NCBI RefSeq assembly: GCF_036667855.1
Contig: NZ_JAVWTF010000003.1
Location: 6,099-70,098, forward strand
Direction: 5' to 3'
Source: Aurantimicrobium sp.
GTDB lineage: Bacteria > Actinomycetota > Actinomycetes > Actinomycetales > Microbacteriaceae
DNA length: 64,000 bases
In this document: piece by piece, positions 26,178 through 34,861 of the stretch
How positions within the stretch are numbered: the stretch's first letter is position 1
Layout: each line of letters begins with the position of its first letter
Position numbers and translations under genes: made by a program
The notes under the pieces: generated by a model
What the model was told of the DNA's origin: nothing
Seen by the model: only the letters and a program-made list of their open reading frames with translations
The model's database searches: none

Positions 26178-27848
26178 CTAGCCCAGCGCCGAGACGGTGA
26201 AGGTTGTCAGAGGAGAGCTGTTTGAGATAGCAAGCCCAGCACACGTCACCTGGTATGCAATGGTGTGGTTACCCAAAGCTGATGGTGCTGTGAACGGAGC
26301 AGTTGCGTTTGGAACCGAAGAGACGGGGGAACCGTCAACCAGAACGGTGTAGCTTTCCAAGCTGTGACCAGATGGGCAGGAGGTGTATCCAGCCCAGGTC
26401 GCGATGAGAGCCTGACCAGGAGTCGCGTTGTCATCGTTGAGGCTCGGTGCAGCTGTAGGAGCTGGCGCAACAGGAAGATCACCGTAGTAGGTCACGTTAA
26501 TCGTGGTGCCGTTTGGAACCTGGGGACCGGTTGGGTTGACGTCATAGACGATACCCACCTTGTCAGCACTTGGTGCCGCAGTTCCCTTGACGGCATTGAC
26601 ATTCATGTTGAGCTTTTCCAGCGCAGCGGTGGCGTCTGCCAGAGACTTGCCCACATAGTCAGCCTTGTTGATAGCTGCTGCGGTGGGAGTTGCAGAACCC
26701 GTGGGGGTGGCTGTGGGCGTCTTGGACTTAGTCGGGCTAGCCGACTGTGTGGTGTCGGTGGGCTTTGGCTCGGGTGAGTTACCACCAGATGTCAGTGCCA
26801 CAACAGCACCAATCAAGACCAGAACGAGAACACCGATCAGAGCAATGAGCGGCCACGTCCAGGGACTGCGCTTCTTCTTTTCAGTGGACTGAACGGGCTC
26901 TGGTGCATCGGGGATGTTCAAAACGGTTGTCGCTCCGGTTTCAGCAGTACGTGGCATCACCACGGTTGCGTCCAATGGGGTGGTTGTGGTGCCAAGAACA
27001 CCAGGAACTGCAGCAGCAGCACCTTGCAGGTCTCCGCGGCGTAGGGCCTGAGCTGCACGAGCAAGGTTCGCTGAAGATGCGGGACGATCTGCGGGCTTCT
27101 TTGCAATGCAGGAGTAGACCAGGTTGCGCACGGGCTCAGCTATGGTGTCTGGAAGTGGTGGAGGCTCTTCATTGATTTGAGCCATCGCAATGGCAACCTG
27201 TGATTCACCAGTGAAGGGGCGCTTACCTGCGAGGCATTCGTAGGCGACGATACCGAGCGAGTAAATGTCAGTTGACGGTGAAGCGGGGTGGCCAGAGGCC
27301 TGTTCAGGCGAGAGGTACTGAACAGTACCCATGACCTGGCCGGTTGCGGTCAGGGGAACCTGATCTGCAATACGGGCAATACCGAAGTCGGTGATTTTGA
27401 CGCGGCCTTCAGGGGTAATGAGCATGTTGCCGGGCTTGATGTCGCGGTGGACGAGGCCAGCGCTGTGCGCGGCTTGCAGTGCGGCAGAAGTCTGGGCAAT
27501 GATGTCCAAGACCTTGTCAATGGACAGAGTTTTCTCACGCTCAATGACTGCGGAGAGAGGTTCGCCGGGAACGAGTTCCATGACGAGGTAGGCAGAGCCT
27601 TCTTCCTCGCCGTAGTCGTAGACATTTGCAATACCTTCGTGGTTCACCAAGGCAGCGTGACGAGCTTCGGCGCGGAAGCGCTCGAGGAAGCCGGGGTCAC
27701 CCAGGTACTCGTCCTTCAAGATCTTGATCGCGACGAGGCGACCAATGACAAGGTCAGTTGCTTGCCATACCTCGCCCATGCCACCTATGGCAATGCGCGA
27801 CTGGAGCTCATAGCGACCGCCGAAGGTCATTCCAGCTGTTGGTCTCAT
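26178..27848 (-). CDS. Second Ser/Thr protein kinase (pknA position) with TM, one PASTA-like repeat and a Cys-containing C-terminal beta domain
   Basis: GGMGEVW, HRDIKPGN, DFGIA. Extracellular part: KADYVGKSLADATAALEKLNMNV...TINVTYYG. Confidence 0.85.
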   Translation of the reverse strand: MRPTAGMTFGGRYELQSRIAIGGMGEVWQATDLVIGRLVAIKILKDEYLGDPGFLERFRAEARHAALVNHEGIANVYDYGEEEGSAYLVMELVPGEPLSAVIEREKTLSIDKVLDIIAQTSAALQAAHSAGLVHRDIKPGNMLITPEGRVKITDFGIARIADQVPLTATGQVMGTVQYLSPEQASGHPASPSTDIYSLGIVAYECLAGKRPFTGESQVAIAMAQINEEPPPLPDTIAEPVRNLVYSCIAKKPADRPASSANLARAAQALRRGDLQGAAAAVPGVLGTTTTPLDATVVMPRTAETGATTVLNIPDAPEPVQSTEKKKRSPWTWPLIALIGVLVLVLIGAVVALTSGGNSPEPKPTDTTQSASPTKSKTPTATPTGSATPTAAAINKADYVGKSLADATAALEKLNMNVNAVKGTAAPSADKVGIVYDVNPTGPQVPNGTTINVTYYGDLPVAPAPTAAPSLNDDNATPGQALIATWAGYTSCPSGHSLESYTVLVDGSPVSSVPNATAPFTAPSALGNHTIAYQVTCAGLAISNSSPLTTFTVSALG

Positions 27849-29302
27849 TTGTTTAACCCTGCCTCTAGGACTGTTCTTGCGATTGGCACTGCGATGTCAT
27901 TGGTGTAACCATTTTGTCCGAGCCCGCCACCGTTTTCTATTACAACAGTGATGGCGTATCTCGGAGCATCAGCCGGAGCGAAGCCGGTGAACCAGAATGT
28001 GTACGGTTCCCCGTCCCCATTTTGGGCCGTACCAGTTTTACCCGCGACCTTTACTCCCTCAATTCTCACATTAGTTATGAGATTGCTGTTATCTACGTTG
28101 TTGATCATCATTTGGGTGATGGTCGCGGACGTTTCTGGGCTAACTGCCTGAGAGAATTCTTTCGCTTCAAACTGGGAAATTGGTTTGAGCGTGGGTTCGA
28201 GGATTTGGTCGAGCACGGTGGGATACATCACCTTGCCGCCATTGGCGATCGCAGCAGAGACCATCGCTATTTGAAGCGGGGTCGCGCGGACGTCATATTG
28301 TCCAAAAGAGGACAGTGCTGTCTGCGGGTCATTCATGACGACCGGGAATTCACTCGCTGCCGCTTTCATGGGCACATCAAACGAGGTGTTGAAGCCAAAT
28401 TTCTTTGCTTGTTCCAAAATGGCTTTGCGACCGAGCTCCAGTCCAAGTTCGGCAAAGGGAATATTGCAGCTCAAACGCAATGCCGTTGCCAGGGTGACAG
28501 TGGCACCAGGCCCACACGAGGTGAAAGTCGAGTTCTGAATGAATACGTCGGTGCCCGGGAGCTGGAATCGAGAAGGATTATCGAAAGTGCTTTCGGGAGT
28601 GTATTTCCCCGATTCCAGAGCCGCGGCAACCATGACCAGCTTGAACACAGAACCAGGAGGGTTCATGTCACCTGCGATGGCCTTATTGATCAGGGGCTTA
28701 AGCGGATCTGAATTGAGGGCGTCATAGGTCGCAATAACTTCGTCGGCATTGTGAGAGGCAAGCATGTTGGGGTCATAACTTGGCTTGGATGCCATCACGA
28801 GGATTTTGCCGGTGCTGGGCTCGGTCACGACAACCGCACCCTCATAGTCCCCAAGAGCATCAAATGCGGCTTGCTGCATCACAGGGTCCAGCGTCAAAGC
28901 AACAGTGGCTCCTTGAGGTTCTTGACCGGTCAGGATGGAGTTGAGCTGGTTGAGGAACTGCGACCCAGTTTTTCCGCTGAGATAGTTATTGAGGGTTCCT
29001 TCAATACCGGTCATGCCCTGGTTCAGGGTGAAATATCCGGTGACATTGGCATAGGTCGCAGCGTTGGGATAGGTGCGCTGGTATCGGTAGTTGTCCTCGA
29101 TGGGGACAGATTCGGCAATGGGTGCACCAGCAACCAAAATCGAGCCGCGCTTGTAGCGGTAGCTATCAAAGATGGTGCGCGTGTTTCTGGAATCCGCGTA
29201 GAGCAGATCTGCCGTAAAGACCTGAATCGTACTTGCCGCCAAGAACAGCACGACAAACATGCCAATCACCACCATGGTGACGCGTTTGAGCTCCCGGTTC
29301 AT
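27845..29302 (-). CDS. pbpA: Penicillin-binding protein A (class B transpeptidase)
   Basis: PPGSVFK (SxxK), SCN (SxN), KTGTA (KTG). Confidence 0.9.
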   Translation of the reverse strand: MNRELKRVTMVVIGMFVVLFLAASTIQVFTADLLYADSRNTRTIFDSYRYKRGSILVAGAPIAESVPIEDNYRYQRTYPNAATYANVTGYFTLNQGMTGIEGTLNNYLSGKTGSQFLNQLNSILTGQEPQGATVALTLDPVMQQAAFDALGDYEGAVVVTEPSTGKILVMASKPSYDPNMLASHNADEVIATYDALNSDPLKPLINKAIAGDMNPPGSVFKLVMVAAALESGKYTPESTFDNPSRFQLPGTDVFIQNSTFTSCGPGATVTLATALRLSCNIPFAELGLELGRKAILEQAKKFGFNTSFDVPMKAAASEFPVVMNDPQTALSSFGQYDVRATPLQIAMVSAAIANGGKVMYPTVLDQILEPTLKPISQFEAKEFSQAVSPETSATITQMMINNVDNSNLITNVRIEGVKVAGKTGTAQNGDGEPYTFWFTGFAPADAPRYAITVVIENGGGLGQNGYTNDIAVPIARTVLEAGLNK

Positions 29303-30690
29303 CCGACCACCAGCCTCGGCTCGCTCCGAATGGAATCAGAGAGGCGAAGCAGGAGTGCAGCGATAATCCAGTTAGCAACCAGTGAACTACCACCGGCGGC
29401 AAGGAAAGGAGTGGTGAGACCGGTCAAAGGAATGACGCGCATCACACCACCAATCACGATGAAGCACTGCAGTGCAATGGTGAAAGACAAGCCAACAGCA
29501 AGTAACTTGCTGAAGTCATCGTGGCCAGCAAAACCAATACGAAGGCCTCGGCCGACAAGGAGTAAGTAGAGGCAGAGGATGGCAAAGATTCCAGCCAGAC
29601 CGAGTTCTTCACCCAAGCTGGCAATGATGTAGTCACTCTGAGAGACCGGGGTTACTTCGGGCATTCCTTCGCCCAGACCGGTTCCGATCACACCTCCATG
29701 GGCTAGACCAAAGAGTCCTTGCACCAGCTGGTAGCTGCCACCGTCAGCAGAGAAGTTGTTGTCATTGAATGCGTCGTACCAGTTAGCGAAGCGGCCATTG
29801 ACGTAATCCAGGGTTTGGTTTGCCACCACGGCACCGAGACCAACCAGGCTCAGACCCAGGGCAACCCAGCTGCCGCGACCGGTAGCGACATAGAGCATGA
29901 CGAGGAACAAGCCAAAGAACAGCAAACCGGTTCCCAGGTCACGCTGGAATACGATGACGGCCATCGACAATGCCCAGACCACAATAATGGGCCCGAGGTC
30001 ACGGCCGCGGGGGAAGCGCATTCCGAGGAAGGTGCGCCCCACCATCGACAGACTTTCGCGGCGCTGAACGAGGTAGCCGGCAAAGAAGACTGCCAAGGCA
30101 ATTTTGGCAATCTCGCCCGGCTGGAAAGTCAGCGTACCCAGCTGGATCCACACACGAGCACCATTGATGGAAATACCTAGACCGGGAACCATGGGCAGTG
30201 CAACCAAAATCACAGCAAACAGACCAGCCACATAGGTATAGCGCTGGAGAATGCGCTGGTGCTTGATCAGGATGATGGTGGCAAGTGCCGCACCCAATGC
30301 CAAAGCAGTCCAGGCAATCTGCTTATTAGCCAGCGAATCCCAGCCTTCATTGCCCAGCGCTAAATCGATGCGGTAAATCTCGGCAATACCGAGACCATTG
30401 AGCACGGTGGCAACGGGGAGAATGAGGGCATCTGCTTGCGGGGCCACAAACCTCATGGCGACGTGAATGGCGATGACAAGCACAGCAAGCAGTCCACAAA
30501 TGGCGAGCGGACCGGCATCAATTTTGCCCAGCACGCCCCACTGCACAAGAACAAGGGAGGCAACATTGATAGCGCTCGCGACAAGAACCAGAATCAACTC
30601 AACGTTGCGCATGCGTTGGGAGGAGCGCACGCGTTTGAGTCGACCAATGGAACCGGTGGCGACAAAGTCAGGAGTAGCAGGTGCAGACAT
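29299..30690 (-). CDS. rodA: SEDS-family peptidoglycan polymerase RodA/FtsW
   Basis: Multi-pass membrane protein with FQPGEIAK and the SDYIIA..GEELG motif. Confidence 0.9.
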   Translation of the reverse strand: MSAPATPDFVATGSIGRLKRVRSSQRMRNVELILVLVASAINVASLVLVQWGVLGKIDAGPLAICGLLAVLVIAIHVAMRFVAPQADALILPVATVLNGLGIAEIYRIDLALGNEGWDSLANKQIAWTALALGAALATIILIKHQRILQRYTYVAGLFAVILVALPMVPGLGISINGARVWIQLGTLTFQPGEIAKIALAVFFAGYLVQRRESLSMVGRTFLGMRFPRGRDLGPIIVVWALSMAVIVFQRDLGTGLLFFGLFLVMLYVATGRGSWVALGLSLVGLGAVVANQTLDYVNGRFANWYDAFNDNNFSADGGSYQLVQGLFGLAHGGVIGTGLGEGMPEVTPVSQSDYIIASLGEELGLAGIFAILCLYLLLVGRGLRIGFAGHDDFSKLLAVGLSFTIALQCFIVIGGVMRVIPLTGLTTPFLAAGGSSLVANWIIAALLLRLSDSIRSEPRLVVG

Positions 30691-31919
30691 TACCCAGTGG
30701 CTCCTGAAGTGAGCGAGGCAACGAGGTCTTGGGCTTCGGTGTAACTACCGAAGGGAATCCCGTTCTTGATTTGCTGCTGTTGGTAAGCAGTCAGGGATGC
30801 CAGAGGAATATCTGTATCGACATAGACGTGGGACAAACTCACCCCAGCCACGTTCTGCGAGATGCCCTGATAGATCACCACGGAGTCTGTATCGCTACCC
30901 ACATAGAACTGGGTCTGGCTCCAGCGATAACCCAGGATGGCGCTGATCACAATCACACCTAAGACCAAGATCATGGAGCCAATCAACACAGCACGACGGC
31001 GAATGCGCTTGGCCTTGACCGCATCGAGCTGAGCAGTGAGGGCAGTGGGAGGAACACTCATGCCACCAGTGGAGATGGGTAGCTTCTTCGGCTTTGGCCG
31101 AGGCTTCAAGTTGGGTGTGGGAATGAGCTTGGCCTCAGGCGCCTTCACGGCCATCGGACCGGCAGCTGATCCCACGAGTTCGGAAATACTTTCTGGTTCA
31201 CCTGCCGTGATGTCAACCACCACCACGGTGACATTGTCTGGTGCACCACCGGTGAGGCTCGCCTGCACCAAAGTGTCAGCTGCATCATCAGCGGTTTCTG
31301 CTTCCATCAAGAAAGGCTTTAACCGGTCGCTATAGACAACACCGGTGAGACCATCTGAGCACAGCATCCACCGGTCACCTTCGGCAACATCGAGAACAGT
31401 GGTGTCGAGTTCCGGTGATGCATCCACGTCACCAAGAACGCGCATGAGCACGGAGCGACGTGGGTGATCGTGCGCCTCTTCCTCGGTGATGCGTCCGCTA
31501 TCAATCAAGCGCTGAACAAAGGTGTGGTCCACAGTGACTTGGGAGAGGTTTCCCTCGCGCAGGAGATAAATGCGTGAGTCACCAATGTGGGCGATGACAA
31601 CCTGTGTGCCTACCCGAAGCATGGCACTGACGGTTGTTCCTAACCCTGCAAGCTCTGGGTGTTCATAGACAACATCAGAGAGCATGTCGTTGGCCTGCAG
31701 CAACGTGGCGATGAGATCTTGCTGGGCGGCGACAACGTCCTCATATTTCTTATCCAGCTGCAGCAGGTGACGAATGACGAGGTGGGAAGCAACGTCACCA
31801 CCAGCATGGCCACCCATGCCGTCGGCAACAACGCTGAGATACGTACCTGCGTAGCCAGCATCCTGATTGGATGCTCGAACCATGCCCACGTTCGAGGCGG
31901 CTGCGCTGTGCTTGGACAT
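30690..31919 (-). CDS. pstP: PP2C-family Ser/Thr phosphatase PstP
   Basis: VADGMGGHAGG, LLCSDGL, C-terminal TM and extracellular tail. Confidence 0.9.
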   Translation of the reverse strand: MSKHSAAASNVGMVRASNQDAGYAGTYLSVVADGMGGHAGGDVASHLVIRHLLQLDKKYEDVVAAQQDLIATLLQANDMLSDVVYEHPELAGLGTTVSAMLRVGTQVVIAHIGDSRIYLLREGNLSQVTVDHTFVQRLIDSGRITEEEAHDHPRRSVLMRVLGDVDASPELDTTVLDVAEGDRWMLCSDGLTGVVYSDRLKPFLMEAETADDAADTLVQASLTGGAPDNVTVVVVDITAGEPESISELVGSAAGPMAVKAPEAKLIPTPNLKPRPKPKKLPISTGGMSVPPTALTAQLDAVKAKRIRRRAVLIGSMILVLGVIVISAILGYRWSQTQFYVGSDTDSVVIYQGISQNVAGVSLSHVYVDTDIPLASLTAYQQQQIKNGIPFGSYTEAQDLVASLTSGATG

Positions 31920-31928
31920 AACAGGCGC

Positions 31929-32453
31929 CTAGCGGCGAACCTCAAAGGTCATCGAGCCCACAACAATAGGTGTGTTCAAAGGAATAGGGGTGGGGCTTGT
32001 CACACGAGCACCAGCAAGGGTTGTGCCGTTGGTGGAGTCAAGGTCACGAAGGAGCCAGCTACCTCCACGAGTTTCCAGACGTGCATGGTGGGTCGAGGTG
32101 TAGTCGTCCTGAATCACCAGGCTGGAATCAGGCGAGCGACCAATAGTGATGACGTCGCCCTGGAGAGGAAGTTCCTGACCCTGAAGTGCACCGGAGGTGA
32201 TAACGAGTTTCAGTGGTGTTCCGTCGGCTGGAGCGAGTTCTGTTGCAGAAACCGGTGCGGCAATCCGTGGCTGTGCCGAGGTGAGGAACGCACTGGCATC
32301 CGGGGAGACCGCAGGCGCGGCAGAGGCAGCGGGCATCTTGCGTACACGCTGACCAAAGAGATCACTGCGCACGGCATAGACCACGAAGAAGACGAAAACC
32401 CACAGCGCAATGAGGAATCCAATGCGCAGGATCAGAAGTGTGAGCTCACTCAC
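31929..32453 (-). CDS. fhaB: FHA-domain protein FhaB/FipA (N-terminal TM plus C-terminal FHA)
   Basis: ITIGRSPDSSLVIQDDYTSTHHARL..DLDSTNGT. Probable GTG start at 32453, overlapping the fhaA stop (GTGAGTGA). Confidence 0.8.
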   Translation of the reverse strand: MSELTLLILRIGFLIALWVFVFFVVYAVRSDLFGQRVRKMPAASAAPAVSPDASAFLTSAQPRIAAPVSATELAPADGTPLKLVITSGALQGQELPLQGDVITIGRSPDSSLVIQDDYTSTHHARLETRGGSWLLRDLDSTNGTTLAGARVTSPTPIPLNTPIVVGSMTFEVRR

Positions 32454-33195
32454 GGGGACCCCAGAATCCACCGGGCTCAGCAGCGCGAGGTGTCTGCACA
32501 GTCTCTGTAGCGGGAGTCGAAGCTCCACCACTGGCTTGGGGGAGCAAGCGAAGAACTATCGAGGTCTGGCCGATGGTGATCACCGAGTCTGCTTCAAGTG
32601 CGGCGGAGACGAGGCGTTGACCGTTGAGCTTAGAACCGTTGGTTGAGCCCAAGTCATTAGCCTGAGCCCGGGTTCCATCCCACAGCACCTCAACGTGCTT
32701 GCGAGAAATACCAGAGTCATCAACGGTGATGTCGGCTTCAGTGCCACGACCAATCACAGTGCGCGACTTTGAGATGGGATAGCGCTTACCGGCAATCTCC
32801 AGCACGGCAACCCAAGTCACCGAGCCGCTGACGTTCTCAGAATCAACCTGCACCACACCCACAGCAAGAGAGGGGTCTGAACGCAGAGCAACCTTGATAC
32901 CACCAGCGAACTGGTAGTGCTGGGTAGCAGCGTGCTTCGTCACGAGGCGAATGAGCTCATCGGTGAGCGTTGCCCCCATTGCCTTCATGCGTTCGTAGTC
33001 ATCGGGTGCCAACCGAACAGTGAAGTTGTTAGGAACCAGAATGCGATCGCGAGAAACAACGGCAGCTTTGGTGTCGAGCTCACGGCGCAGTGCAGCGGTG
33101 ATTTCTACGGGCTGCAAGCCCGAGCGGAACGTCTTCGCGAACGCACCATTGACAACGCGCTCCAAGCCGCGCTCAAGGTTGTCGAGAATGCCCAC
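32446..33195 (-). CDS. fhaA: FHA-domain protein FhaA (DUF3662 plus FHA)
   Basis: MGILDNLERGLERVVNGAFAK (DUF3662 N-terminus); C-terminal TVIGRG..ISRKHVEV..DLGSTNGS. Confidence 0.9.
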   Translation of the reverse strand: MGILDNLERGLERVVNGAFAKTFRSGLQPVEITAALRRELDTKAAVVSRDRILVPNNFTVRLAPDDYERMKAMGATLTDELIRLVTKHAATQHYQFAGGIKVALRSDPSLAVGVVQVDSENVSGSVTWVAVLEIAGKRYPISKSRTVIGRGTEADITVDDSGISRKHVEVLWDGTRAQANDLGSTNGSKLNGQRLVSAALEADSVITIGQTSIVLRLLPQASGGASTPATETVQTPRAAEPGGFWGPRE

Positions 33196-33338
33196 CGGTC
33201 TCCTTCATCAGGGTAAAACTCCTTCCCAAATCGTACTCGGCGAGCTTGGAGCAAGCTGGATGCGCGCCGGGAGTCAGCCACCTTCTCTTGTGCTCAAATG
33301 GCGCACAGGTATCACTCCGTGATAGCCTCGACCAGTTC

Positions 33339-33421
33339 GCGCGAGTGGCGAAATGGCAGACGCGCTGGCTTCAGGTGCCAGTGCCCGCAAGGGCGTGGGG
33401 GTTCAAGTCCCCCCTCGCGCA
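33339..33421 (+). tRNA. tRNA-Leu (anticodon CAG), long variable arm
   Basis: Acceptor stem GCGCGAG/CTCGCGC, anticodon arm ctggc-TTCAGGT-gccag, T-arm ggggttcaagtcccc. Same position as leuT after fhaA in mycobacteria. Confidence 0.9.
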
Positions 33422-33427
33422 CGAACG

Positions 33428-33457
33428 AAATCCCCGGTAGTCATACCGGGGATTTTT
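33428..33457 (+). terminator. Rho-independent terminator after tRNA-Leu
   Basis: aaatccccgg-tagtcata-ccggggattt followed by ttc. Confidence 0.75.
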
Positions 33458-33529
33458 CTTTTGCTCTTGAAAAGTCACCGCATAAATTTCATACCGCTCA
33501 TTGTCTGAGGCATTAGGTATATTCGCGAT

Positions 33530-34318
33530 ATGAGGAACCTCGACCCAGGACACCTGCTTTCATATATCGATGAGTCAGGAGATACCGGGTTTGGCAAACA
33601 ACAGTCTTCGACTACTTACACTTTGGGCTGTGTAGTAATCAATAGCGCTCATTGGGGCGGCGTCCTCGATGAGTTTGTTGAATTTAGAAGAAGGCTGAAA
33701 AGTAAATTCAAAATACCGATGAGGTCGGAACTGAAGGCAAATTATGTGCTCCGAGGAACTGGAACGCTCAAACATCTCAATTTATCTCCTGGGGAGCGCA
33801 GCCTAATTTTCAGAAGCCACGTGAAATTCGTTGCTGAAAATCCATACCTCCACGTATTTGCTGTTGTAGCAACAAAATCCGGACGCCTCACCGGTAGTCA
33901 GCTGTTCGACGAATCTTGGGTTCGATTGTTCCAACGCTTGGAACGAACGAGTGATGCCTTAGGGGCCTCAACAGTTCAACTTGTACACGATCACGGGGAA
34001 GATGAATCAATTCGGAAATTAGCTCGGTGGTCACGACGACGGCTCACAGCTGGATCTCAAACCGGCTCAGGTTTGATTGCTCGACCTTTCAAGAATCTTG
34101 TTGAAGATCCAGTTTCCAGAGACTCTCAAGCAAGCTACTTCATTCAAATGGCGGATTTCGCCGCATACGCCGCCTATAGGCGGCTTCATCCCGGGACGGA
34201 AAAAGTCCAGCAAATAGTGCCCCAGGATTCTTGGGACCTGTACGGAGATGCATTGCTCTCTCGAGTAACTGGTGTACGACTGGGTGAGCCGAAAGCCATA
34301 GTCACACTTCAGGCATAA
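33530..34318 (+). CDS. DUF3800 family protein
   Basis: N-terminal YIDESGDTG and C-terminal FIQMADFAAYA are the two hallmark DUF3800 motifs. A tatatt -10-like hexamer ends 6 nt before the ATG with no RBS, so the mRNA may be leaderless. Confidence 0.75.
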   Translation: MRNLDPGHLLSYIDESGDTGFGKQQSSTTYTLGCVVINSAHWGGVLDEFVEFRRRLKSKFKIPMRSELKANYVLRGTGTLKHLNLSPGERSLIFRSHVKFVAENPYLHVFAVVATKSGRLTGSQLFDESWVRLFQRLERTSDALGASTVQLVHDHGEDESIRKLARWSRRRLTAGSQTGSGLIARPFKNLVEDPVSRDSQASYFIQMADFAAYAAYRRLHPGTEKVQQIVPQDSWDLYGDALLSRVTGVRLGEPKAIVTLQA

Positions 34319-34322
34319 AAAG

Positions 34323-34374
34323 GCCCCCGGTTTAACCCGGGGGCGGCTAGGGCCGCCCTCACCCAAAGGGGGTG
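34323..34374. terminator. Cluster of three consecutive GC-rich hairpins between convergent genes
   Basis: gcccccgg-tttaac-ccgggggc; ggcggc-tagg-gccgcc; caccc-aaagg-gggtg. Confidence 0.5.
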
Positions 34375-34456
34375 GATTGGTCCTAATAACAATATAAACC
34401 CACCCACTGTCATTCAGCTAAAAACCCTGGTAGCTGGGTGTCGTCGAACAGTTGAA

Positions 34457-34750
34457 CTAACCCTGTCGTGCCTTGATGAGCTCGGCTGCGGTCAGTTTGT
34501 GTGGCTTTGCCGTCACCATGTCGCCACTGAGCCCAGAGATCATCAGGCCAGGGTCAACCTCGAGAACGCTCGTAATGCGCAGAAGAGTGTGCAAGTTTGG
34601 ATTCGCGCGACCGCGCTCGATCTTGCCGTAGTTGGACACATGCATTGCAGACATGTGAGCTACATCCTCCTGGCTTAAGCCGAGGCTTTCGCGGCGTTCG
34701 CGGAGCCGGCTTCCCAGTATTTGAGCCGCCGCAGAAGCAATTGAATCCAT
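34457..34750 (-). CDS. XRE-family HTH transcriptional regulator (97 aa), divergent from the MTase operon
   Basis: LGSRLRERRESLGLSQEDVAHMSAMHVSNYGKIERGRANPNLHTLLRI is a canonical XRE/Cro HTH. Confidence 0.85.
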   Translation of the reverse strand: MDSIASAAAQILGSRLRERRESLGLSQEDVAHMSAMHVSNYGKIERGRANPNLHTLLRITSVLEVDPGLMISGLSGDMVTAKPHKLTAAELIKARQG

Positions 34751-34828
34751 ACCTCAAGCGTTCCGGCATCACACTTCATTAACCAGAGTTTAAAAGCCTG
34801 AGGTATTAACGCTACTTTTAACCCCTAA

Positions 34829-34846
34829 CCGCGGCGCCGGCCGCGG
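34829..34846. promoter_or_regulatory. GC-only palindrome ccgcggc-gccg-gccgcgg 16 nt upstream of the MTase start
   Basis: 7-4-7 inverted repeat. The upstream intergenic region also has repeated ATTAAC motifs (about 34778, 34805 and 34817). Confidence 0.45.
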
Positions 34847-34861
34847 CATCAGGGGGATGCG

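Noticed and set aside
27914-29569. Two plus-strand ORFs of 265 and 272 aa
   Set aside because: Antisense to pbpA/rodA, which carry SxxK/SxN/KTG and SEDS motifs.
31659-32510. 283-aa plus-strand ORF
   Set aside because: Antisense to pstP and fhaB.
34829-34846. GC palindrome as the recognition site of the adjacent MTase
   Set aside because: The MTase has an N6-adenine type NPPF motif and the palindrome contains no adenine. It is more likely a regulatory or structural element.
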